Origin: Octopus sinensis
Lineage: Eukaryota
Direction: 5' to 3'
Length of the DNA stretch: 22,056 nucleotides
NCBI RefSeq assembly: GCF_006345805.1
Contig: NW_021836953.1
Span: 1-22,056, forward strand
The first letter of the stretch is position 1. Each line of letters begins with the position of its first letter. Below the pieces are notes generated by a model that ran no database searches, was not told where the DNA came from, and saw nothing but the letters and a program-made list of their open reading frames with translations. The position numbers and the translations under genes were made by a program. Positions 1 through 10,488 of this stretch are shown here, piece by piece.

Positions 1-95
1 AGTGAGTCATACCTTTAATCATTTGTTTACTCATGCGAGACGAAAGATTTCTTGTTTGTCCTCTGAAATATTTAACACTGCTTTTGATGCAATCG

Positions 96-312
96 TCGTC
101 GTCATCATCATCATCATCATCATCATCACCATCGTCATCGTCGTCATCGTCGGCATGCTGGATGTCGTCATCGTCAATATCAATCATCAGTACAATCACC
201 ATCATATCTTTATCATCATCGTTATCGTCGACATCATCTTCATCACCATCATCATTATCACCACCATCATCATCCACATAGCCATCGTCATCACTATCAT
301 CATCATCATCAA

Positions 313-343
<31 letters not shown>

Positions 344-428
344 AGCAGCGGTAGCAGCTGCCACAGAAGTTGTTCCATCCTCACCTGTAACACCACTACC
401 ACCACCACCGCCGCCACCACCACCACCA
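96..428. repeat. Compound trinucleotide microsatellite (GTC/ATC/CAG/ACC)n
   Basis: Direct reading of the sequence; explains the poly-I/S/T ORFs at 2..532, 33..281 and 202..489. Confidence 0.95.
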
Positions 429-498
429 CTGGGATCAATGCAAACGACTTACCCTCCCCCAAATTTGAGGCCTTGTGCATGTATAGCAAAGAGGATTA
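429..498 (+). mobile_element. 3' fragment of SINE family 1 (tail type A)
   Basis: CTGGGATCAATGCAAACGACTTACCCTCCCCCAAATTTGAGGCCTTGTGC matches the 3' part of the fuller copies at 6460-6899 (reverse strand). Confidence 0.7.
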
Positions 499-500
499 TA

Positions 501-1168
501 AAGGGTGCGGACACTTGCAGGGAATTTTGTGAACATTACTCTTGGAACCTCAGAAGGGTCTGCACATAGCCATCTGTCATGTCTTCTGTTAGTTTTGTGG
601 CTCTGGTCAAAGTTTTTCTCATCTCAGAAAAACCAAATCTCAACATCTTCTGATGGTTTTTTTAAGTTTGTTCAAAAGTATTTTTGGATCTGATTAAACG
701 GTTTTCTTTTGTTTTTTTTTTCTGATATGAATTGACCTCTCCTCATCACATAAGATTTGTGTCTGATGTCTTCAGGCACAACGTTTCTGACATACAAATT
801 TTTTTTGCAATTTGCCTCATTGATTTTCCTTGATTGTCTCCAATGTTTTGCTTAACTTCCAGAATTAATTCAGGCGTCCTGATAGAATCAGAGTGTTTAG
901 AATGTTTTGTACATTTTGATACTAGTAATACGCTTCTTTCTCTAACTCACCGAATCTTGTGTACAAAAGTTCTTGCAACTTTCAGAAAACGAGAAGTTTC
1001 TAAATCACCCTGCTTAGCCTTCACGCCACAATCACAGCATGGCTTTTCAATTCATTAGTAAGCGTAAGGCCTGTCATTGCTATTTTCTGAAACAGAAGTT
1101 CAATAAGAATTAGTCAAATAAAATAGTGATTAAAATCACATGTTTCCTCAAATATCGTCTGCACCCTG
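501..1168 (-). mobile_element. Internally deleted Tc1/mariner transposon, probably maT/DD37D-like, with a decayed N-terminal half of the transposase
   Basis: TA at 499-500 and 1169-1170; terminal inverted repeats AAGGGTGCGGAC vs CAGGGTGCAGAC (10/12). The minus strand from ATG 1077 reads, across frameshifts and stops, MTGLTLTNELKSHAVIVA..FLKVARTFVHKIR..KSMRQIAK..DIRHKSYVMRRGQF..WFF*DEKNF..RWLCADPSEVPRVMFTKFPASV, including the first catalytic D motif. Subfamily assignment is inferred. Confidence 0.85.
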
Positions 1169-1449
1169 TATATGGAATAGTTAAACTATATATTATGCAT
1201 TTCGTTGTGTTTTGTTAAATGCGTAATGCCCAGGTCCCTGAAAAAACTGCTTTGCATGAATCCGGCCCGTAACGTAAAAGAATTTGCGGGCAGTTTTCCC
1301 TAAGAGATTTCTGGTGGAATAGCTTTGTTGATGGCATTACTGTTCTTCTTTGGAGCTTACAACAATGGAAATATTTAAAATTTTCTTCAACCTTCAATAA
1401 ATAAACAAACGAATAAACAAAAAAAAAAAACTCAACGTATCCTTTAAGC

Positions 1450-2000
1450 AAATACACGCACGCACACACACAGACACACAGACACACAATCACATATACA
1501 CATATAAGCAGACAAATACACATATATGCATGCACTCATGCATAAATGAACAGATATATAAATATATGTAAGCATGCACTTAAACGCGCAATGACATACA
1601 TTTAGATACACACAAACACACACATACATACACACACACACATACACACACACGTACAGAAATGAACACAGAAATATAGAGACGGCGTGGAAAGTGAGTT
1701 AATTTAACATTTCCGTTTAGACTGACATTTCTGGAAGAGTTATGCTGTCCCCGGTCGAAGTCAACCTGTTTTCTATCAAAATAATCTAATTCTAGAACAC
1801 ACAGTGAATTATGGGTCTCATATCTGGGATACAGTCATCAACGCATACATACGAATACATATACACACACATGAGTGTGCGCATATATACATAAATATGT
1901 GTGTATATATATGTATAATGTTTATATTTATATATGTGTATATGTATATATGTATATATATATGCATATATATGTGTATGTATGCATGTTCATATATGAA
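1450..2000. repeat. (CA)n/(TA)n-rich simple repeats flanking a short unique spacer
   Basis: Direct reading of the sequence. Confidence 0.8.
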
Positions 2001-2024
2001 GTAAAAACACAAGAAAAAAAATCA

Positions 2025-2185
2025 ACGCGAGAACGTAGTACATGCTAAGTAATAGGAGACGCTCAGGGAAGGAAAGAAAGGTAGTTTTACGTTTCGAGCA
2101 GACGCTCTTCTTCAGAAAAAGATACAGAGGAAAGTCCAAGAGAAGAGGAAGACGGAGGAAAAAATCGCCAATGATCCAAATGTAG
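2025..2185 (-). mobile_element. Penelope-like element terminal relic carrying a hammerhead motif
   Basis: Contains CTGAAGAAGAGC..GCTCGAAACGTA on the minus strand. Minimal type-I hammerheads are an established feature of Penelope-like element termini (Cervera and De la Pena 2014). No RT or GIY-YIG coding sequence is visible, so the class is inferred. Confidence 0.55.
2085..2118 (-). ncRNA. Minimal type-I hammerhead ribozyme motif
   Basis: Minus strand UUU-CUGAAGA-A-GAGC(GUCU)GCUC-GAAA-CGU-A-AAA: intact core, 4-bp stem II, palindromic ACGU stem III, GUA cleavage triplet, 3-bp stem I. Confidence 0.7.
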
Positions 2186-2188
2186 TTT

Positions 2189-2189
<1 letters not shown>

Positions 2190-2270
<81 letters not shown>

Positions 2271-2330
2271 TATATATGTATATATATGTATATATACATA
2301 TATGTATATGTAATTTTATAAGTACAATTA
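2190..2330. repeat. (TA)n(TG)n microsatellite
   Basis: Direct reading of the sequence. Confidence 0.95.
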
Positions 2331-2461
2331 TAAACTACTAAGGAACGCCACATGATAGAAAAATACGCCAAATGGCTCTAAAACCACCTTGTTTATTACA
2401 CAGGCTCAGGCTGAAAGCGAGAGAAGGAACAAACAAGTTTTTTTTTTTACAAGAGTTTAGC

Positions 2462-2513
2462 TATGAATCGATTTCTAGTTTAGGGATGTAATACATTCTA
2501 CTATCCTCAGTAT
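2462..2513 (-). ncRNA. Degenerate hammerhead-like motif
   Basis: Minus strand CUGAGGA-UAGU..ACUA-GAAA with a palindromic AUCGAU stem III; stem I does not pair in register. Confidence 0.3.
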
Positions 2514-2631
2514 GACATAACCGAAAGTACATAATCATAAACATTTATACAAACCATACGAACAAAAAGCATGTTTTTATTTATATACAAGTTAAATCTA
2601 GTTCGTTCAACTCAGCTACGTGTAAATAACC

Positions 2632-2672
2632 AATATATATATATATCTGTATATATATATATATATATATTA

Positions 2673-2753
<81 letters not shown>

Positions 2754-3015
2754 TTGTGTATGTATGTATATAAGTATATGTGTGTGTGTAGGTATGTGGA
2801 CAGGCAAATCAAAAATTTAAAATGAAAGCAAAACATTAAATTTCAAAAGGATGTACATATGAAACGTATAGGTTCAAACTCAGAATCAGATGGAAATTTT
2901 CATATATATGTATATATATATATATATATAGATATATATAATATATATATATATAATCTATATATATATATACATAAATACATATATATTTTTTTGTATA
3001 TATCTATATATGTGT
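2632..3015. repeat. (TA)n and (TG)n microsatellites
   Basis: Direct reading of the sequence. Confidence 0.85.
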
Positions 3016-3053
3016 ATAAATCAAAGAGATGACACCGGAAAAAACAAATCATC

Positions 3054-3134
3054 AGCTTACAGCTGCTTCTGTTATAAGATGTGGTGGACTCTTATTTGGG
3101 TACGAGGTTGACATCGTATAGCTTCATCAGAGCT
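3054..3134 (-). ncRNA. Degenerate type-I hammerhead motif (probable Penelope-like relic)
   Basis: Minus strand AGCU-CUGAUGA-A-GCUAUA..UAUAAC-A-GAAG-CAGCUGU-A-AGCU: 4-bp stem I, 5/6-bp stem II, near-palindromic stem III; A15.1 is replaced by G. Confidence 0.45.
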
Positions 3135-3240
3135 TTGAATATTAAGTGTAATATCTTTGGAAAAGTTATATATTCAGACCAGGTTTTTAGTCTTACTATG
3201 CCTAAGCGATACATTTATATGTGTGTTTGTGTGTGTATAA

Positions 3241-3414
3241 ATATACACATTAAGTACAGGACAACTCCTCTTCAGTTGTCGACTATTTATTACTCCTTAT
3301 TTCGCGCTTTCAATGACAAATAAGAAAAATCATACATAACATACATATATAGTAATATATATAATGTAGGTATGATTTTTCTGAAGAGAAGTTGTCCTGT
3401 ACTAATGTGTATAT
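3241..3414. repeat. Nested inverted repeat
   Basis: 3241-3275 vs 3381-3414 (one mismatch, one indel), plus a perfect 12-bp pair 3324-3335 vs 3370-3381. Confidence 0.85.
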
Positions 3415-3550
3415 ATTATTATATATATATATATAATATAATTAACAATTGAGGATAAAATCTTTAAAAGAAATTACAGTAGTCAGCGTGAAAACTCGTA
3501 AGAAGAAAAAATCCGTAAATTCTTCCTCTTTGAAATATTCATTTATATTA

Positions 3551-3626
3551 TATTGAGGGTACTACTATTCGTGTTGGTAACAACACGTTAGCGTGTTGGT
3601 ATCTACGAATAGTAGTACCCTCAATA
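3551..3626. repeat. Perfect 22-bp inverted repeat
   Basis: TATTGAGGGTACTACTATTCGT (3551-3572) is the exact reverse complement of 3605-3626. Confidence 0.9.
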
Positions 3627-4299
3627 ATATAATATATAATATATATATATATACGTATTCAAGCCGAAATAAAAAGTTACCTTCTCTTACGTCAAAGCGT
3701 ACCGTAGTTTGGCCGCACTGCCGCCATAGCTTGACTGCTAAAAGTTTGTTCTGTTGTAGCTAAGCAACCGAATGCTGACCTTCATTTCTCTTGTTTACTT
3801 TCTTGGTCAGTCCGCTGGCCGTGAACACCTAGGAAGAACAGAGACCAGCAAACCAATGTCTGGTCCGAAAGTGTATTTGTGTGTGTATATCTCTATTATA
3901 ATGATGCATATAAATCGATATATATCTGTGCATCTGTATGTTTATATATGCATAAGCCTGGTGTTTCTTTACGTATATATCCTTAGCCTCCAGTCTTTGA
4001 AGTTCCCTCTAATACCGATTTTCTTGCAAGAGACAGGTGTCAGACATTTGTTTTACAATTTTATAGATAACAGAATTATTGAAATGTTAGGCAACTTATA
4101 AAAGATGAAAATAAAACATAATGATGTAAAAATAAAATAAATAAATATAATAATGCGCATCGACTATTTCTTTAAGAAAAGTTCCGAACGAATGAAGAAA
4201 ACCATTTTACAAATTCATCAGAGCAGCAACAGCTCATTCTTCCATATCAACGCATCTTCAATGTAAAAGATGTGAACTGTTCTGCGAGAGAATGGCGAA

Positions 4300-4639
4300 G
4301 AAAAAGAGAGAGAAAGGGAGGGGGAAAAGAGAAATGGAGAAAGAAAGAAACAGGCAAAGACAGGGAGAGAAAGTGAGAGAGAATGTGTGTGCGTGTGTGT
4401 ATGTGTAAGTGAGAGAGAGAGAGAGAGTGTGTGTGTGTATGTGCATGTGAGTGTGTGTGTGTTTAAGGGTGTGTGTGTGAGGGAGAGAGGCATGCAGCAA
4501 TATAAGCTCAAGAGTAGACATAGCAAATGGTAATAGCTATAACAGCAGCAGCAGCAACTGCAACAATAATAATAACAGCAACAAAATAATCATTTATCTA
4601 TTTATCGATTTATCTATCTAGACATTCATATACACATGC

Positions 4640-4674
<35 letters not shown>

Positions 4675-4745
4675 TGTATGTATGTATGTATGTATGTATG
4701 TATGTATGTATGTATGTATGTATATATGTATACATATATATGAAT
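4300..4745. repeat. (GA)n/(GT)n, (CAG/AAT)n and (TATG)n simple repeats
   Basis: Direct reading of the sequence. Confidence 0.85.
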
Positions 4746-5134
4746 TTATGGAAATATTACTATCTAAAAAAACAATTAATCAATTCGCAGAATGAAAGGA
4801 AAATTAAATGTAGACATAGGTCGAATTACTTATATTAATCCCTTGGTTTAAACTTATTCTAATAATGTTCATACACTACATAACCTACAACAAATTAATA
4901 CTCATTATAATACTACATAATATAACTACATAAATTAATAAATTAAACAGGCCGAATTATTTATATAATAATTTTAGATAATTTGTGAAAATATATAAAA
5001 CCTGATTTATGTTATTAATTTATTATTAATGAAAAATGTTATTTTCTCTGAGATTGCTCCATGATATAATTATGATATATTTTGTTTGTTTGCTTTTTTA
5101 TTCTTGAAGGGCTTTTTGTTCCATCAGAAAAGGA

Positions 5135-5665
5135 CCAACAGCAGCAATAACACCGCCGATAACCGGAACATCATCAACAAGAGCATGAAGTACTGCCGGG
5201 AACAATAGGAGCATCATCACCATCATCATAATCATCGAGGACGTTACCATCGATAGCAACACTACCGACCACCGACACCACTACATCCATCTCTACCACC
5301 ACCACCAACAACACCACCACAACAACAACAACGACAACAACAACATCAGCAGCTGGAAAACCAACAAGACTACAGTAAGAAAACAGGAAATAAGAAGAAT
5401 TAGAGAACCAGGAGAAAATTCAATATTTTTAAGAACAAACAACAACAACAACAACAAGAGCAACAAAAGCAGCTTAACAACAGCGATAATCACAACAACA
5501 ACATCGCCAACAACAACCACAGATTTAAGAAACAACAGCGACAGCATCAACACTAGATGCAGAAATAAAAGAAGTAAAAAAAACACATTAAAGAACACAA
5601 GACGTGAGATTTACAACAACTGCAAAAACAACAGCAGCAGCAGCACTTGCAGCAACAACGGCAAT
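5135..5665. repeat. Degenerate (AAC/CAG/ATC)n low-complexity tract immediately upstream of the first coding exon
   Basis: Direct reading of the sequence; could be partly 5' UTR. Confidence 0.75.
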
Positions 5666-5687
5666 AATTCTGCAACCAGGATTAACA

Positions 5688-5753
5688 ATGTTTTACCGTT
5701 TTGGAGGAATACACTTTTGGCTACTCCTGTTACCCACCATTACCGACAGTTTG
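5688..5753 (+). CDS. Candidate first coding exon (signal peptide) of an ITIH-like VIT-domain protein
   Basis: ACAATG start; translation MFYRFGGIHFWLLLLPTITDSL has a hydrophobic core; strong donor TTG|GTGAGT in phase 0, compatible with the phase-0 VIT exon at 13294. Confidence 0.6.
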
Positions 5754-6332
5754 GTGAGTATCACTTCTACAGAGCTTTCTACTTTTTCACTCCTTAGTAC
5801 AGGGGTACCACGTTGCTTGTTCTTGTTACCATGGAAGCTTTTGTCGGTTTTCAGTCTCAGTTCATCTCTGTGATCAAAAATGTTCCAACCATGACCATCC
5901 CGACTGCTTTTTTTTTTTTTTTAGATAATGTATCTAAAACTAGATTAGCGGAAGTGTCGTTCCTTCTATTTGTAAGATATATATAAAAAAGAAAGATTTG
6001 GTTTCCATTTCTAGCCAGAAGAATGACCCTGTCGAAGCTCCCCCTTTGATTCGCACGTGGTAGTGTTCTTGTTGTTGTTTTTTTATTGTTTAGTGAAAGG
6101 ACCAGCCCCAGCCCAGCTAGAGCAGACTAGGTAGAGAACGTAGTGAAATACCAGCCTACTGATGGCAGGATTATGCTTACAGTTCCACAACAGTTGAAAC
6201 AACAACAAAAACACCAGCAATGGGCGCAGGCTCATGCTAGTCTCACAGGAAAACAGCAGCAGCAGCAGCTGCCACAACAGCTACTGCTACGACAAATGCC
6301 AGCAATTTTAGGGGAGGGTTTAAGTTGATTAA

Positions 6333-6458
6333 GTTGGCCCTAGTGCGTCACTGGTACTTATTTTATCGACCCCAAGTCGATCTCGATGGAAATTGAACTC
6401 AGGACGAAGAGACGAACGAAATGCGGCTAAGCGTTTTGTCCGGCGGGCTAACGATTCT
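6333..6458 (-). mobile_element. Degenerate partial copy of SINE family 1
   Basis: Shares ACTGGTACTTATTTTATCGACCCC and the head region with the neighbouring copies. Confidence 0.7.
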
Positions 6459-6459
6459 T

Positions 6460-6668
6460 TTCTAATCTAGGCACAAGGCCCGACATTTTGGGGGAAAGGG
6501 CCAGTCGATTAGATCGACCCCAGTACCCAACTGGTACTTAATTTATCGATCCAGAAAGAATGAAAGGTAAAGTCGACCTCGGCAGAATTTGAACTCAGAA
6601 CGTAAAGACAAAGGAAACACCGCTAAGCATTTCACCTGGCATGCTAACTTGTCTGCCAGCTCGCCCCC
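6460..6668 (-). mobile_element. tRNA-derived SINE family 1, full length, tail type A
   Basis: Head GGCGAGCTGGCAGA..GAGTTCAAATTC (Pol III A/B-box-like), body GTCGACTTTACCTTTCAT..AAGTACCAG, tail GGGCCTTGTGCCTAG. Confidence 0.9.
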
Positions 6669-6687
6669 TTAATAACAACAATAATGC

Positions 6688-6899
6688 TTTCTACTATCGG
6701 CACAAGGCCTGAAATTTGGGGGAGGGGAACCAGTCGATTAGGTCGACCCCAGTACTCAACTGGTAAATAATTTATCGACCCCGAAAAAATGAAAGGTAAA
6801 GTCGACCTCGGCAGAATTTGAACTCAGAACTTAAAGACGGACGAAAATGCCGTTAAGCGTTTAACTCGGCATGCTAACGATGCTGCCTGCTCACCGCCT
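6688..6899 (-). mobile_element. tRNA-derived SINE family 1, full length, tail type A
   Basis: Same architecture; third member of a head-to-tail cluster spanning 6333-6899. Confidence 0.9.
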
Positions 6900-7064
6900 T
6901 AACAACAACAACAACAACAACAGCAGCAGCAGCACAGCAGTAGTAGTAGTAACAACAATTTTAATTTAAATATAGCAATGAAAGAGAGCTTTATGTTTTC
7001 AGGATGAAGATGATGGCACGGTGTGTTGTGGGGTGGGTGAGGGGGTCAGTCATATTGTGCTGAT

Positions 7065-7625
7065 TATGATGGTGCAGATGGGTGGGTGGGTGGGGGGCAG
7101 CGAGGTTGGTGGTTGATGTGTACGATGATTGTGATGATTGTGATGATTGGGATGATTGGGATGATTGCGGTGACAGGAATGATTGTGGAAGAATAATGTC
7201 TGCTCCAAACTCTCTTATAAGACAAAACAGTGTGCGAGTTGTTTCTAGACAACAACGTGATCGTTATCATCTCACCTCCGTTACCATCAGCGCCGCCACC
7301 GCTTGCACCACCATCAACCCCACCCCATTTGACCACGACGACTACGATAATCACCACTATGACGACAGCGACCACCACCACCACCACGTCCGTCATTATG
7401 TCCAGCGCCATCACCATTAATGCCACCAGCACGAACAATAACACCACCACCACCACCACCACCACCATCACCACCACCACCACCTCCAACACCAGTAGCA
7501 CCGCCACCACCACCACAACCACCACCATCACCATACCACCTCTAACACCAGTAGCACCGCCACAACCTCCAACACCACCACCATATAGATAACTGACATC
7601 CTCGACACCTCCGTGACCACCGCTA
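7065..7625. repeat. Low-complexity (GGT/GAT)n followed by (ACC/ACG)n tract
   Basis: Direct reading of the sequence; source of the poly-V/T/D/H ORFs. Confidence 0.85.
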
Positions 7626-7856
7626 CCATTGCGCGCCAATGAGAGTAGGGCCTCTGCCTGTTACCTCAGCACGCTAAAGATAACAGCTACATCTTCCCGC
7701 CGTCTTAGAAACGGATGCTTTGTATAATATGGTTCTGGGATTGTCACGCCTGGAATGGCTCTAAATAAAGATTTACTCTGCCAGAAAGGATATTGAGTTA
7801 TAAACAACAACGACAATCAGAATAACATTCCTTCCACCATCACAAACAGGTCCAAA

Positions 7857-7965
7857 GGTGTGTGTGTGTGTGTTTTGGGTTATGTATGTGTACGTGTGCG
7901 TTTTGTGTGTGCATGAGGATTTTCATGCATGTATATTGGTTGATGTTTATATGTGAATATGTGTG

Positions 7966-8001
<36 letters not shown>

Positions 8002-8004
8002 TAG

Positions 8005-8043
<39 letters not shown>

Positions 8044-8100
8044 GATATACACACATACACACATATATATACGCATATATGCGTGGTTGTGTATATATTG
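7857..8100. repeat. (TG)n/(TA)n/(GATA)n microsatellites
   Basis: Direct reading of the sequence. Confidence 0.85.
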
Positions 8101-8748
8101 TATGAGTGTGAATATAAATTTACCTATGCACGTACATAATATACTCATTGCGGCTAAAAGGGTCACATCTAAAAGCATACAGCTACCCACTTAGCAGGGC
8201 TAAAGATAACATCGACAACCACGACAGCAGCAGCAGCAGCAGTAGTAACAGTAAACAACAACAACAACAATATCAACAACAAAAAGAGCAGTAATAAAAA
8301 TAAAAGCAACGACTACAACCACAGCATCAAGAGTTTAAGATTACTTTAGAAGCAAAGATCAAAAACTTCAAACGTTTTTACAAAAAGGTGTCACCTGTTC
8401 AGGTCGACCTACTTCGTCTAGACTTTCATATTGTTCTTTTGAATTTAATATGGTAATTCGTTGGGGTAATTTGTCGTCCTTTGAAAATTATCCTTATAAA
8501 TGTAAACATTGGCTATATATCACGTTATTTTTTTGTTCGTATTTAGTTCTAGGCCAACCCACTCTGAGTAGAATTATGCTTAAAGATTTTATCTGTTTAC
8601 TAGGAGAAAAATAGGGAAATATGATGTCTTTACATCGCCAGCAATCTTCACCACTGAGGCATTCAAATAAATGAGTGTAGATATATGTACATTATGCATG
8701 TTTCAGGCATTCTGAAATATGGTGTTCTGTTTCTGTGCCCGTCTGTAA

Positions 8749-8838
<90 letters not shown>
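8749..8838. repeat. Pure (TATC)n array
   Basis: Direct reading of the sequence; abuts the 5' end of LINE A. Confidence 0.95.
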
Positions 8839-9978
8839 AAGAAGGGCGAATGGCACCGCGAGTGTCGCGTTGCTCTCAAGCAACTCTGCCGTCCCGGGTC
8901 GACCTTGAGTGACTTCAACACAACCAAAGCATTCTATAGGGGATTAGTGGAGGGGAGGTACGACGACGAGCTCGGGGCAAACCTGGGCGTCGACGAGGAA
9001 TACCTGACCCGCCTGTTTCAAACGACTTTCGGCCCGGGACCTATGGACAACTTCCAGAGATCCCTGGCCTGGCGGTGCTACCGAGAAGCGCTACCCGTTC
9101 GGGATAAGCTCTATAGGCATGGCTCGGAGAAACACGGGGCCGACCTGCCCGAGATGCGGGCAGAGCGACGAAACCGCTCTGCACGCAATCGTGCAGTGTC
9201 CAGCAATTTCCCACCTGTGGGCTTATGTCGAACGACTGCTGTCACGTGTGGGACGTGTCGGTTTATCAGCCGAGTCTATCGTTAATATCGTCACGCCTCC
9301 TTCCTTCAACGGGAAGGAAGAGCTATTTTTATCATACTTGTGGCTATGGCGAAAGAATGTATCTGGTGGACGCGTCTGAAAGGATTAGAGACAAACACTT
9401 TCCTCTGGTCAATCTCTCATCAACTTCTTCAAGTATCACTTGAAGAAAAAAGTGAGAGTAGAGAGGCAAGTTTTGTCTAGTGAATGTTTTAAAAAAAGAT
9501 GGGTGAATGTAGCAAGGATGGCACGTATGAATGACGAAGCCACCTTGACTATGATTCTATGAACCGTAAAAATTAATACAGAGAGTTGCTTATTTGCAAA
9601 AAAAAAAAAAAAAAGAAATATAACATGTGACTTCATTGACCGAGGTTACCGTGTGGTCTTTTCCGTAGGCTTTTCTTTCCACGGGTAAACCTCACCTGTC
9701 CTCCCCTTTACACTTCATATGACATTTCTGTGATAACGATCCATATGAACAATTTTTTTCCTCTCTCCCTTTTTTTTTAACCCCCCCTTTTTTTGTCCTC
9801 TTTCTCTCCTTTTACGATCCTTTTGATCGACCTCACCTTTTTTATTTTATTTTATTTTATTTTTTATTTTTATATTTTTTTTTATTTTTTATTTTTTTAT
9901 TTTTTAAACCTTCAAAAGAAAAGCTCTACCTTGTAATTTGTTCTATCTGTGTGCAGCCCTGTGTGGCTAATAAAGAAA
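8839..9978 (+). mobile_element. LINE A: 5'-truncated Tx1/L1-type non-LTR retrotransposon (ORF2 C-terminus plus 3' UTR)
   Basis: Frameshifted ORF2 with the CCHC zinc knuckle CPRCGQSDETALHAIVQCP, stop TGA at 9560-9562, T-rich 3' UTR, ending CAGCCCTGTGTGGCTAATAAAGAAA; homologous to 11625-12645. Confidence 0.9.
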
Positions 9979-9980
9979 CA

Positions 9981-10048
9981 TATCTATCTATCTATCTATC
10001 TATCCATCTATCTATCTATCTATCTATCGATATCTATCTATCTATCGA

Positions 10049-10088
<40 letters not shown>

Positions 10089-10108
10089 GATATCTATCTA
10101 TCTATCGA

Positions 10109-10169
<61 letters not shown>

Positions 10170-10272
10170 GTTTATCTATCTGTTTATCTATCTATCTCTA
10201 TCTTTCTATCTATCTATCTATCTATCTATCGATATCTATCTATCTATCTATCTATCGATATCTATCTATCGA

Positions 10273-10364
<92 letters not shown>

Positions 10365-10384
10365 AGTCTGTCTATCTATCTATT

Positions 10385-10468
<84 letters not shown>

Positions 10469-10488
10469 CATCTATCTGTCTGTCTGCC
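9981..10488. repeat. Compound (TATC)n/(TC)n array between LINE A and LINE B
   Basis: Direct reading of the sequence. Confidence 0.95.

Noticed and set aside
2-532. 176-aa ORF and the other long low-complexity ORFs (7064..7639, 9949..10689 5' part, 12627..13451, 13515..13805, 16297..16696, 17756..18187)
   Set aside because: They are translations of tri- and tetranucleotide microsatellites that lack stop codons.
1215-1395. Possible minus-strand exon (VEENFKYFHCCKL..)
   Set aside because: No recognisable homology, no convincing donor and no consistent phase with the other candidates.
3381-3510. Plus-strand CTGAAGA..GAAA hammerhead candidate
   Set aside because: Neither stem II nor stem I closes in register.
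4150-4225. Minus-strand CTGATGA..GAAA hammerhead candidate
   Set aside because: No stem I or stem III pairing.
6096-6328. Gln-rich ORF after a possible acceptor
   Set aside because: Stops in all three frames just after the acceptor; degenerate CAG/CAA repeat.
6333-6899. CRISPR-like or satellite array
   Set aside because: Three diverged SINE copies in a eukaryotic intron, with no repeat-spacer structure.
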